Origin: an uncultured bacterium
Lineage (GTDB): Bacteria > CSSED10-310 > CAZUFC01
Length of the DNA stretch: 64,000 bases
Assembly (NCBI GenBank): GCA_964619725.1
Contig: CAZUFC010000012.1
Location: forward strand, 21,161-85,160
Direction: 5' to 3'
Shown here: piece by piece, positions 31,137 to 41,300 of the stretch
Position numbering within the stretch: position 1 is the stretch's first letter
How the letters are laid out: each line of letters starts with the position of its first letter
Notes under the pieces: model-generated
What the model was told of the DNA's origin: nothing
Databases searched by the model: none
What the model saw: only the letters and a program-made list of their open reading frames with translations
Position numbers and translations under genes: made by a program

Positions 31137-32903
31137 ATGGACGAACGAGATAAAGAACACGATAAAAGAATTCTGATAATTGACGACGACCCGGATTACG
31201 TGAAAGCGACGAAGCTTCTGCTGCAAAAGGATTCCTACATTTGCCATGAAGCTTATTCCGGCGAGGAAGGACTCAAAAAAGTCAAGGAAATAAAACCCGA
31301 TCTGATCATTCTCGACGTCATGATGGAACATATGACGGCGGGATTCGACGTGATCAAGACCCTGAGGAATCCGGACAGGTCGTCGCCCTATTACGAAGTC
31401 TCAAAGGTCCCGGTGTTGATGATATCTTCTATTCAAAAGATTATGAATAAAGGGTATGAGGAGCTGGCCGGGACGAAGATGCTTAAGATAGACGCTTTTC
31501 TCGAAAAGCCGGTGCTCAAGGAAGTTCTTCGTAAAAAGGTACGGGAACTGACAAAAACGTTCACGTTTGAGGAGCTGCTGGAGAAGGCCAAGAAGCCCGG
31601 CGAGGATGCCATGCGTCTTCATCCTTATTACCACGGCAAGATAGAAGTGATTCCGAAGTGCCGGGTAAAGGACTTCAGCGATTTCGCCATCTGGTATACG
31701 CCCGGAGTGGCCCAGCCCTGCGAGGACATCCGCCTTCATCCTCAAAAAGTCCTGGAACATACGAACAAGGGAAATTTCGTTGCGGTAGTTTCGGACGGAT
31801 CGCGGGTCCTGGGATTGGGCAATATCGGCCCGGAAGCGGCCATGCCTGTTATGGAAGGCAAGGCGTTGCTGTATAAATACCTGGGTGGAGTAGATGCCTT
31901 TCCGATTTGTCTCTCCACGAAATCGGCTGAAGAGATGATTCAGGCGGTGCGATGGCTCTCGCCTACTTTCGGCGGCGTTAATCTTGAGGACATAGAACAA
32001 CCCAAATGTTTTAAAATCCTGGATACGTTGAGAGGCGACTGTTCCATACCGGTATGGCATGACGATCAGCAGGGCACGGCTACCGTTACCCTGGCGGGAT
32101 TCATCAATGCCCTCAAGATAGTGAACAAGAGAATCCAGGACATCAGCATCGCCATGATAGGCATGGGCGCCGCCAATACCGCAACCCTGAGAATGCTGCT
32201 GGCCGCCGGACTGAATCCGGAAAACGTCTACGCCTGCGACGAACATGGTATGCTTCACCCCGGCAGAACAGATTTCGATAGAGATGATCCCCGTTTCCAT
32301 TTCTGCCGTATCACCAACAAGGAAGGCCGTAAAGGCGGAATTCCGGAAGCTATGAAAGGAACGGACGCAGTTATCGCTTATTCAAAACCCGACCCCAATA
32401 CGATTCAAAACAAATGGATCATCTCAATGACCAAAGACCCCATCGTATTCGCATGCGCTAATCCTGTTCCCGAAATCTGGCCATGGGAAGCCCAGAAAGC
32501 CGGAGCCGCCGTAGTCGCCACAGGAAGAGGCGATTTTCCTAACCAGGTTAATAACTCATTAGGTTTCCCCGGAATCTTTCGCGGCGCCCTCGACGTCATG
32601 GCTAAAACCATTACCGACGAAATGTGCATCGCCGCTGCTCAAGAACTGGCTCAATGTGCTGAAGATAAAGGCCTGTCAGAAGAAAAAATCGTACCCACCA
32701 TGGACGACTGGGAAGTCTATCCTAGAGAAGCCGTCGCCGTCGGTATGAAAGCCATTGAACAAGGCATCGCTAATATAGTCCTCACTCGCGACGAACTTTA
32801 TCAGAAAGCCGCACAAATTATCAGACACGCCAGAGAAGAAACTCAATCCCTGATGTCAAACGGCTTTATCAAAGATATGCCGCAGGAAACCGCTTCCTCC
32901 TGA
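31137..32903 (+). CDS. Receiver domain fused to NAD(P)-dependent malic enzyme
   Basis: The N-terminal REC is complete (IIDDDP, LIILDVMM, MISS, LEKP). A full malic-enzyme core follows (YHGKIEVIPKC...YTPGVAQPC...VVSDGSRVLGLGNIGP...MEGKALLYK). I prefer ATG 31137 behind a GGAGGA RBS. Confidence 0.85.
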   Translation: MDERDKEHDKRILIIDDDPDYVKATKLLLQKDSYICHEAYSGEEGLKKVKEIKPDLIILDVMMEHMTAGFDVIKTLRNPDRSSPYYEVSKVPVLMISSIQKIMNKGYEELAGTKMLKIDAFLEKPVLKEVLRKKVRELTKTFTFEELLEKAKKPGEDAMRLHPYYHGKIEVIPKCRVKDFSDFAIWYTPGVAQPCEDIRLHPQKVLEHTNKGNFVAVVSDGSRVLGLGNIGPEAAMPVMEGKALLYKYLGGVDAFPICLSTKSAEEMIQAVRWLSPTFGGVNLEDIEQPKCFKILDTLRGDCSIPVWHDDQQGTATVTLAGFINALKIVNKRIQDISIAMIGMGAANTATLRMLLAAGLNPENVYACDEHGMLHPGRTDFDRDDPRFHFCRITNKEGRKGGIPEAMKGTDAVIAYSKPDPNTIQNKWIISMTKDPIVFACANPVPEIWPWEAQKAGAAVVATGRGDFPNQVNNSLGFPGIFRGALDVMAKTITDEMCIAAAQELAQCAEDKGLSEEKIVPTMDDWEVYPREAVAVGMKAIEQGIANIVLTRDELYQKAAQIIRHAREETQSLMSNGFIKDMPQETASS

Positions 32904-33005
32904 TCCCCTCCAGCCCGGATTTTTCATGCCGAATCCCCTAAACCGGCAGGAAAAATCCGGGCGACCCACTAAAAAAAAGGGCTGCCACGGGGGTTGCCAC
33001 GGGGG

Positions 33006-33059
33006 TCAGAGCCCGTCGCAAACTCTTGATGGGGTTAGAGCCCGTCGCAAACTCTTGAT
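33006..33059 (+). repeat. Direct 25-nt repeat x2 abutting the vapC stop codon
   Basis: T(C/T)AGAGCCCGTCGCAAACTCTTGAT occurs twice, 29 nt apart. It is preceded by TGCCACGGGGG x2 (32883-33005). Confidence 0.9.
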
Positions 33060-33472
33060 CAGAAGGGATTCTCTATTCTTACGCCTCTTATGATCTGACC
33101 GTCGGTTAATCCCTCACTCAACATCCTGTCGCATGTCGCCCGTTCGGCGCTGATCACTGCCAGAGAATCCCGGAAAGACATCTGATTAATTATGCTGCAG
33201 TTAACCGCTTCATTGATCATTACAGCATCAATAATCACATTCTCAAAAATTTCAAACGTGGTCAGGATGCCCTTTACTTTTAATCGCTCAATACCCAGAA
33301 TCCTCGTCGATATCATATAAAACTCCTGCATTACCTGCGTCGAAATTACTCCCCGGATTCCCTCGTTCAGCGACCTTATCAGGGATTGCGCCTTTTCCCG
33401 TTTCCGCGGATAATGCCGGTCCAGGGCATAAATTAAAATATCCGTATCAAAAAATACTTTATCAATAATCAT
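33059..33472 (-). CDS. vapC: PIN-domain toxin (VapC family)
   Basis: The start MIIDKVFFDTDILIYALD carries the first PIN acidic residue. The size is ~137 aa. It overlaps the upstream antitoxin-like ORF by 11 nt. Confidence 0.75.
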   Translation of the reverse strand: MIIDKVFFDTDILIYALDRHYPRKREKAQSLIRSLNEGIRGVISTQVMQEFYMISTRILGIERLKVKGILTTFEIFENVIIDAVMINEAVNCSIINQMSFRDSLAVISAERATCDRMLSEGLTDGQIIRGVRIENPF

Positions 33473-33686
33473 CGCTATCTCCGCCTCGCCATTTTTTCCC
33501 GCCTGAATCGACATTAACCGCGTCCATACGCTCAAGACATTCCAAAACCATATTCTCTTTCGATCTCATCACGGCCTGCGACAGCAGTCGCCTGATAAGC
33601 ATATTAAAGGATATATTCTGTTTCTCAGCATATTCACGCGCAGCCGAAAGCAATTCATCATCTACGGCCAAAGTTATATTCTTCAT
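33462..33686 (-). CDS. Antitoxin of the vapC module (ribbon-helix-helix-like)
   Basis: A 74-aa ORF (MKNITLAVDDELLSAAREYAEKQNISFNMLIRRLL) lies immediately upstream of the PIN gene and overlaps it. Confidence 0.65.
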   Translation of the reverse strand: MKNITLAVDDELLSAAREYAEKQNISFNMLIRRLLSQAVMRSKENMVLECLERMDAVNVDSGGKKWRGGDSDDY

Positions 33687-33843
33687 CCTTTATCGCCTCC
33701 TGTGCCGCAGTATAAGCAAACGCCCTGCCTACGTCAAACGGAACCCGTCCAATGATCTCTGCCGCGAGGCGATAAATTACACGGCTTCGAAAAAAGCCGT
33801 CCGGGCGACTGTCGCTCCCGCCCGATTCCGTCATCAACCGCCG

Positions 33844-35004
33844 TTATCTGCGACCGTTTTTGTTCGCAGAACCCGAATTTTTCCTGCCGGAATTCCTTAA
33901 TTCAATTATTCCTTCTGATAATAACTTATACAATGCTCCCAGAGCATTCTCCCGCGACATCCCGCTCACTTTCACCAATTCCTTCAGGTTCAATTTTCCA
34001 TCTATCCTCGATACTAAAAATCCCTCCTGAGCGGTCAGCTTGATTTTGGGGAACGACGGGTCTTCCGGAGGTATGCGTAATACCGGCACCCTGTCGTCTT
34101 CCCTCAACTTCTTCACAATCTCATTCTGTATCAGTCTATTCAATTCATTGCATTCCCTCTTCAGTTCCTGGTTTTCAGGCGACAGCTCCAGAGCATCTTT
34201 CAGCACTTCGGAAGCGCGACTGTAATTCTTTTCCGCTTTGTAAATCGCCGACTGATGCAATAATTTCTGTATCTTCGAATGAGCCTTCTCCTCCAACCTC
34301 TCACCCGCAATTGACACCAAATCCTTGTCCAGCATTCGATACAAAAGATTGTATATCTCGAATTCATCAAATCCAGGAAGCTCTATCAACTCCGCCACAG
34401 ACTTGTCTTCCTTCATCTGACGCAACAACATCGAAGAACGCCTGCCGTTTACCCTCTTTTCGTATTCCAATCCCTTATGCGTTACTCGGAAAACCAGTCC
34501 TTCATGAGGAATAGCCTCCCGTATCCGCTCCCATTCGTCAATTTTTACCGACGTCTCCATGATCAGGTTTTCTATCGATGTCGGCCGCTTGAAAATGCCG
34601 TCAAATTCACTGTTCTTTTCGTGAAATTTGAAATTCCCATGCGAATTCGTAAACAGCTCAAATACTGATCGGGCCATGTACTTCTTTACTACCTTTTCCA
34701 GCTTATCTCCGTCTATGAGCTTCAGATCGGTTATGATCTTTTCCATGCTGCAATTGGAATACCTCATCAATGTCCTGATGTGCTTCAACTGCTCTGTATC
34801 AATCAACTGCATCTTCGTGAATAGACGCAGCAGACTATCGGGATTCCGCGGGTCTCGAACATATATCAATGTTCCTTCCTGAAAAAACAGACGATATCTC
34901 CCCTCAGGATGATCAACTGTCAGCGTCCCCGTCTTCTGACTGACGCTCAGCCATTGAAGTACGTCCGACATCTGCATTGTTGAAAGTTTACCCTCGATAC
35001 CCAT
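33844..35004 (-). CDS. DUF4388 (PATAN-like) domain protein
   Basis: The N-terminus LSTMQMSDVLQWLSVSQKTGTLTV...LFFQEGTLIYV is the DUF4388 signature. The remainder is a helical/TPR-like region. Confidence 0.65.
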   Translation of the reverse strand: MGIEGKLSTMQMSDVLQWLSVSQKTGTLTVDHPEGRYRLFFQEGTLIYVRDPRNPDSLLRLFTKMQLIDTEQLKHIRTLMRYSNCSMEKIITDLKLIDGDKLEKVVKKYMARSVFELFTNSHGNFKFHEKNSEFDGIFKRPTSIENLIMETSVKIDEWERIREAIPHEGLVFRVTHKGLEYEKRVNGRRSSMLLRQMKEDKSVAELIELPGFDEFEIYNLLYRMLDKDLVSIAGERLEEKAHSKIQKLLHQSAIYKAEKNYSRASEVLKDALELSPENQELKRECNELNRLIQNEIVKKLREDDRVPVLRIPPEDPSFPKIKLTAQEGFLVSRIDGKLNLKELVKVSGMSRENALGALYKLLSEGIIELRNSGRKNSGSANKNGRR

Positions 35005-35136
35005 GCTGTCTCGCTTTACCCGAAAAATAATTTGAGGAAAGGCTTAGCGCCTTGTCGTCAACGCTTGACGATCTGAGCTTCCTTGACGTCTCCCCCTTTA
35101 TCCCTGACGAAAAATTTCATTAGATCGCCCTCTTTT

Positions 35137-35165
35137 AAAATATTAGAAAAAATTATTAAAGTCAA
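35137..35165 (-). promoter_or_regulatory. Candidate sigma-70-type promoter for the DUF4388 gene
   Basis: The minus strand reads TTGACT, a 17-nt spacer, then TATTTT. Confidence 0.35.
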
Positions 35166-35281
35166 GAAAATGAACTTTCTCAGCGCTCCAATCCTTTCGC
35201 CTTTAATACAATTCCATGTCAAAAAATTTGCTTTTTTACGAATAATTCGAATGCTCGCCGCATACCAAAATTGCCGGCCGT

Positions 35282-36295
35282 TCAACCCATCCGGCCCGCT
35301 TTTTCCTCGAAAGCACTCTGCGCCTCCTCCCTCAGAAAAGAAGCGTTTTTTTCATAACGTCGTGAGAAGTGAAAAACCGAAAATCTTTTTACGCCGGCGA
35401 GTGCGGCGATCTCACCGGCCTGCTTTGCGGTCAAGTGCCCGCGGCGCATCGCCAATTCCTCGTCCGCATGTGAAAAAGCGCCTTCGATAAAGAGATGATC
35501 TGCATTCCGCACAAGTCTTACAATTTCAGCGATATTACTCTCATTGCCTTTTGCATCAGAGACATACCCCAGTTTATTTCCGGGACGAATCAGGGCGATA
35601 CGGGCGGCCAGGTCGCCGAGTCTGTAAATCGCGTTCCCTGTCCTGACGGGGACGTTTATTTTCTGATTTGAGTCGGATTGATTTTTGATTTTAGTCTTGA
35701 ACTCGTCCAGCCATTCTCCCGGTTCTGCATTCAGTTTCTGCAGCTCTTCTTTATTGATGTCGATATGCATTCTTTCGCTGAGGCTGAAAGCCAGGCAGGG
35801 AATGGCGTGATCGAGGATCACGGATTCAACGGCAATATGGGCATCCTGGCAAATAGTCGTTAGCGAGTTTTCTCTTTTTCGGGATTTCACGTTTGTAGGC
35901 CGGAAAGCGTTTGGTGCGGGATATGTGGAAGAAATAACGGAATCCCTGCGTATTTCAAATGCCTGTATGGTCAGGGGATAGGATTGGATCAGGTTCCAGG
36001 CGTAACCGTTCAATTTTGATTCCAGGCATCTCAGGAATCCCTCAGGACCATAAAATCGTAATTTTTTATCGCGAGCCAGAAAAACCCTCAAAACGTGATC
36101 GAATCCTATGAAATGATCAATATGAGTATGGGTTACGAAAATGTCGGTGACTTTAAGGAGGATACGTGAAGGAACGTGAGAACATTGCCCCAGGTCGAAA
36201 AGCAGGTATCTGTTCAAGCGGTTCAATTTGACGAGCAGTCCGGGATCGTCGAAAGGTGAGGAATTGACGAATTCGGGATGAAAAAATCGTGACAT
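35282..36295 (-). CDS. MBL-fold metallo-hydrolase (RNase Z/BN-like)
   Basis: It has the HTHIDH motif in the context VTDIFVTHTHIDHFIGFD, plus C-terminal His/Asp ligands. Confidence 0.7.
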   Translation of the reverse strand: MSRFFHPEFVNSSPFDDPGLLVKLNRLNRYLLFDLGQCSHVPSRILLKVTDIFVTHTHIDHFIGFDHVLRVFLARDKKLRFYGPEGFLRCLESKLNGYAWNLIQSYPLTIQAFEIRRDSVISSTYPAPNAFRPTNVKSRKRENSLTTICQDAHIAVESVILDHAIPCLAFSLSERMHIDINKEELQKLNAEPGEWLDEFKTKIKNQSDSNQKINVPVRTGNAIYRLGDLAARIALIRPGNKLGYVSDAKGNESNIAEIVRLVRNADHLFIEGAFSHADEELAMRRGHLTAKQAGEIAALAGVKRFSVFHFSRRYEKNASFLREEAQSAFEEKAGRMG

Positions 36296-36309
36296 GAGCC
36301 GTCGATTTT

Positions 36310-37731
36310 CTATTCGGCATAACCGAGCGCTTCAAGCATCCGTTTCGTATCTTCATCAAACTCATACGGCGTTATTTCAATTTTACCTTTCATCTCCAGC
36401 CACGCTTTCAGTTTTTTGGCAAACGATTGTACGATTCGGGGCCGCTCCCTGGAAACATCTGTGTTTTCCTCGGCGTCAGAAGTAAGATCAAACAATTCAT
36501 AAGCCCCGTTTTCAATATTGAATACAAGCTTCCATTCGTCGCTCCGTATGCACTCCAGCAAAGGCGGATTCGTGGCCGAAAAAAGATAGTTCTCTTTGCA
36601 ATGCTCATCATTGATAATTTGCATCAGGTTCCGTCCCTGATATTCGTTTTCCGTTTTCACGTTCAACAAATGAAGGGCGGTGGGCATTACGTCGAGATTG
36701 CTGACCATACCGGAAAAGCGCTCTCCCGCAGGAATTTTCCCGGGCATATGCATAATGAGCGGAACTATTATTTCACTGTCGAACAGAAGTTCCCCGTGAT
36801 CGAACATGTATTCGCTCCCGTCGATTTTTCTGTCCAGGGTTTCGCCGTGATCTGCCGTAACCGTCACCAGAGTCCTACTGATCAGCCCGCTTTTCCGCAG
36901 ATAATCAATAATTTCGCCTATCTGCCTGTCCAGTTCCAGAATTTCCGCATCATAGTTGTCAATGAGTTTTCGAACATTCTGCGGATCGCTGATCAGTTCT
37001 CGGAACTTCTGCTTCATTTCATCTTTCGAAAGTTCCAACCAGGCTTTTATTTGCTCGCTTTCCTTATCGTTCAAATCCGCCAGAGCATCCTGCAATTTTA
37101 CTTCTTTCTTCTGCAATTGCTCGAATACCATCCAAAGATCAATAGCGCTTTTCTCACCGTTTCCCGACATGTCGATATAAGGAAAATGAGGGTCCCAGAG
37201 ATGAACCCACAGGAAAAATCTCTTGTTTTTGTTTTCTTCGAGCCATTCCAGAACTTGGGGCGTTACATCGCGGCTCAACCGCGCATGTCCTTCCAGGACC
37301 TGGTTGAATTCCCGGAATCCCTGCCAGTACCCTTCTGTAGCCAGATGTTCCACGCTGACGAAAGCTGCGGTATGATAACCCGCATCGCTTAGAATCTCCG
37401 CCAGCGTCGTTTCCGATTCTCTCAGCGGATATGCGTTTTTCACCACTCCGTGAAAATGAGGATAACGGGACGTCATTAATGAAATATGAGAAGGATCGGT
37501 TTCCGGCATCGGCACCACAGCATTCTCAAACAGTATGCCCCCACCTGCCAGCTCCTTCAGCGCCGGCGTCGTCTCCTTCTCATACCCGTAAACGCTCATG
37601 TGATCGGCTCTCACCGTATCCATCGTGATAAGAAGAAAATTACCGCCGTCCCTTTCCGGTCCCGAACATCCGCAGATCAGACCCATCAGCCCAGCTGCAA
37701 CATACCATATTAATTTCACCCTTTTCCTCAT
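36310..37731 (-). CDS. Sulfatase / alkaline-phosphatase-superfamily lipoprotein
   Basis: It shows LLITMDTVRADHMSVYGYEKETTP and TADHGE motifs and a lipobox (LICGCS). I chose the start at MRKRVK; the ORF track extends it to 37788. Confidence 0.7.
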   Translation of the reverse strand: MRKRVKLIWYVAAGLMGLICGCSGPERDGGNFLLITMDTVRADHMSVYGYEKETTPALKELAGGGILFENAVVPMPETDPSHISLMTSRYPHFHGVVKNAYPLRESETTLAEILSDAGYHTAAFVSVEHLATEGYWQGFREFNQVLEGHARLSRDVTPQVLEWLEENKNKRFFLWVHLWDPHFPYIDMSGNGEKSAIDLWMVFEQLQKKEVKLQDALADLNDKESEQIKAWLELSKDEMKQKFRELISDPQNVRKLIDNYDAEILELDRQIGEIIDYLRKSGLISRTLVTVTADHGETLDRKIDGSEYMFDHGELLFDSEIIVPLIMHMPGKIPAGERFSGMVSNLDVMPTALHLLNVKTENEYQGRNLMQIINDEHCKENYLFSATNPPLLECIRSDEWKLVFNIENGAYELFDLTSDAEENTDVSRERPRIVQSFAKKLKAWLEMKGKIEITPYEFDEDTKRMLEALGYAE

Positions 37732-38134
37732 CTCTCTGACGCTCCTTTCCTCATCTGCAATTTTCATAACTTCTGACTGCTCAGTCAAGTCATTTCATCT
37801 CCAGGTTCCGTTTCCTGGTTTTGTCAATAAATGACGATCTTCTCGTTTCTCTGCGTCATTCTTCAGACTTGATTGTGCGGCGCATGCCCGATATGTCTCC
37901 GAACTAATTCTTGAATTCCTTGATAAATAAAAAACTCTCATTTCTGGATCAAAAACTCGCAGCGCCTGGCCGGCAACAATGTTTGAATCGACAATCGACT
38001 TTGTGGACAGGCGCTCACAAACTTTTTTCCCAGGAGGCGCTCCTTAATTGAACTGACCTTTGTCAACCCCCCTTTTTACATAAAATCAATAAATTATAAT
38101 AAGATCAACATAAATTTTTTTTTCGCTTCATTTC

Positions 38135-38163
38135 TTGACATCTCATGACCCTTTTACTATATT
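38135..38163 (+). promoter_or_regulatory. Sigma-70-type promoter for the 1274-aa surface protein gene
   Basis: TTGACA, a 17-nt spacer, then TATATT. It would give a ~155-nt leader. Confidence 0.55.
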
Positions 38164-38323
38164 CGAAGCGGTAATGAACTGACAAAAGGACTGAAATAAA
38201 TAAATGAAGGGGCACAAAGGAGGTGAGAAAAAAACGGGAAATCGCCTTAATTTATTTGTTCACACTCATTTTTGAGAATGAGAGGGGAGTAATCGCTCTT
38301 GAGATGAAAAAGGAGGATTTTTT

Positions 38324-41300
38324 ATGAAAAAGATTTGGGTCTTTTTTTTAATAACTGTTGCGTTGATGATCTGGAATACGCCATATAGCGCGACGCAAGC
38401 TCATGTTAAATCGAATGAGGTACATCCCATCATTAAGACTCTGCCGGCGGATTCCAATCGAGTGATGGAGAGTCCCAAAAGGGAAGGCGATGCAAACTTC
38501 ATCACGTGCACATTGGGCTCTGACGCTTATGACTCTTATTACCCCTCATGGCCTTTTACGGCAGGGGATAGTTACATGTATTTCTTCGATCCGGACGATT
38601 GTGCGATGTCGTGCGACGAATGGGATGCATTGACGGTTCAGTTTATGATTTATGCGCCTTATGTATTCAGCGATTTCGACATTGTCGTAAGCATCAACGA
38701 GGCAACGTTAGTCGGCGGGAGTTGTTATGAGCCGGGAGCGCAGGTTTGCTCGCAAACGTATACGATATCGGACACGGGCGCCGCAGTGCAGACTCACAGC
38801 ATTGATTTACCTGCGGACTGTTGCTCCGGATGGTGTTCCGGTCCGTTTTTCCTGGGATATGAGATAGTAACGACGCCGCCCGAGGGTGTATGGAACTTAT
38901 TCCTGGATGCAACGGCAATCGGCGAATGCGTATGGTATTATAACTTTGAATCGGCCTGGTATGATCTCTGTGCGAATGAAGAAATGTGCCTGGAGATGGC
39001 CATGCAGGTCGACATAGACTGCAACGCTGCTGCGTTTTCTGATGCAGCGGCCTTGTATCTTAAAGTCGAGCCGGGGGACACTGAATTAAGGATGTATCAG
39101 GACCATACGGTATATGCTTACATTCAGAACAACGGCAGCGCGCTGGAGTTCATCACTGCGACGGCGACGGACGGACAGGGTTGGACGGGAACCGCCGGAC
39201 CGATAGCGGTTAATGCCGGCTCCTGTGCGATGTTCACATTTTCTCCGGTCTGGCATCCCACCAGCGGGTGTCCGACGGTTTATGCCCTGGAAGCGACGGC
39301 GGTAGTTTCCGGAGATGAAGACCCAACCAACGATACGGTAGCGGTTCCGAAGTCAGGGGTTGTTCCGGGACCGGCGACGGAAATGTGGCGGCATGACAAC
39401 GGAACCATACCGCCTGAAAACGGCATAGGTTTCATTGGATCGCCCAGTTATTTCGTATGTTCGAAATTCACGCCGGATTATTATCCGACGACGCTGCGTT
39501 ATGTTTCCGCAACCGTTTATGACGGATGGCCGGCGGACAAATATTCCCGCTGCCGGTTCGGTATATGGCTGGAAGACCCTGAAACGGGACTGCCCCAGGA
39601 GAACCCCGTTTATATCGATGATCACATCTGGGATTTGCCTGACGGCGATCCTGCCCAGTATGAAGAAGTATACGCGGTTCCTCAGCCTGACTGTCCGCTT
39701 CAAATTACAGAGGGGAGCTTCTGGGTAGGCGTTTCTTCCCAGGAAGACTGCGTGACGGGCAACAAATCTATGGCCCTGTCCTGCGATATAGGCGAATCAG
39801 ACCCTGACAACAACTGGTTTCACAATTACGGGACGGGAGCCTGGGGATACCTGTCCGATGTAGGCGGCACAGGCGACGTCTACATTCATGCGCATGTCGA
39901 ATATGATCTGCCGGATGCCGAAGTGGAACTGACGCCCGATTATGAAGGCGGCGGAGATGATCCGGGCAATACGGTCGAATATGTTTTCACGGTTGAAAAC
40001 CGCGGGGACGACGCTGACACATTCGATCTTTCCGCTGTATCCGATCCGGCCTGGACGACGCAAATTACCGACCTGAGCGACAACCCGATTACTCAGATCG
40101 GACCTGTAGCTTCCCTGGGTACGGAGCAATTCAAAGTGCATGTGACCGTTGGCGCCGACGATTTCTGCGAAACGGAAGTTACGGCGACTTCACAGCAGGA
40201 CGCTACAGCCTATGACATGTCTGATCTGCGCACTGAATCGACCACACAGGAAGCGCCTTATTGCGATCCGTTCGATTTCCGAACGAACATAGCCCCTTGG
40301 ACAGTCTCCAACAGTCTGGCGCATACGGCTGAAGACGAATGGGAACTTCATGAATACGTGGATGCTCCGGGCAACGGCTATATGATCGTAGGCGCCTGGG
40401 ATACGGAAGGCATTCATGACACTTCGTTGCACAGTCCTTACATCGATTGCACCACTCACGGCAGTTACACGCTTTACCTGCAGTATCTGACGCGCTGGAT
40501 CAATGTGGATACGGCGGGATGTACTGCTCGCACCAGAGTGCATGACGGAAGCAGTTGGACCGTAGTCAATGAATGGGATGAAACCACGGGCGATCAATTG
40601 GGTTATGCTTTGATCGACGTGACCGCTGAATTGGGTGCGGCGACTAACGCCAGGGTAGGTTTCCAGTTCTGGAGCGACGGCAACCAGGAAGGCGACGAAT
40701 ACTGGCTGGTCGATGAATTCTGCCTGTTCTGGGAAGCTGACGTCGATATTACGCCTTCTTCTATCACCATGACTCTGCCTCAGGGCGCAGCAGACACCGC
40801 TCCCGTCACTGTCGACAATACCGGCGGATCGACTCTGACTTACGACATTTTCAAAATGCCGCCCTACACGCCTGCCAAGTCAGCGCCGCAAAAGGTCAAA
40901 ATGATCAAGGACATCAGAAGCATGCCCCAGGATGCGGCCAAACCCGGCGAAATTATTCGTATAGGGAGCGATCAAAAACAGATCGGCATTTCTGCCGGAC
41001 AGGGCATAAAAGCCAATACGGCTTCTCCGGCCTTTAAAGTTCCGTTCAAGGGAGAATCGCACAGAAAAGTCGATATGCCCAAAGAAATGTTCGACTGGAT
41101 GTTCGGATGGAACGCAGACGTCGTCACATCCAGCGATTATCTCATGGGATGCGAACTTGTAGGAGAAAACGCCTGGGTCGTGGATTGGGATGCGGCGGAC
41201 CCGCCTACGGTAGGACCGCACGCTTACGCTTTCGACGCTAAAACAGGCTCGCTGCTGCTCGATTTCGACATTCCCAATCAACCCGACGACTCATGGATAT

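Noticed and set aside
31401-32300. A 299-aa antisense ORF inside the malic-enzyme gene. Similar shadow ORFs lie at 41291-42226, 36427-37392, 53612-54385, 19888-20637 and 30010-30528.
   Set aside because: Each lies fully inside a gene with clear family motifs on the other strand. None has recognisable motifs or an RBS.
35058-35285. Small ORFs in intergenic gaps: 35058-35285 (75 aa), 22988-23188 (66 aa), 59269-59469 (66 aa), 59729-60037 (102 aa) and 18401-18679 (92 aa).
   Set aside because: They have no RBS and no recognisable motifs, their composition is driven by repeats or promoter DNA, and several run through the repeat elements described above.
38002-38015. The TGTGGACAG / CTGTCCACA motifs resemble DnaA boxes (TTATCCACA), raising the idea of a replication origin.
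   Set aside because: The copies are scattered singly over 40 kb rather than clustered. There is no AT-rich unwinding element and no dnaA or dnaN nearby.
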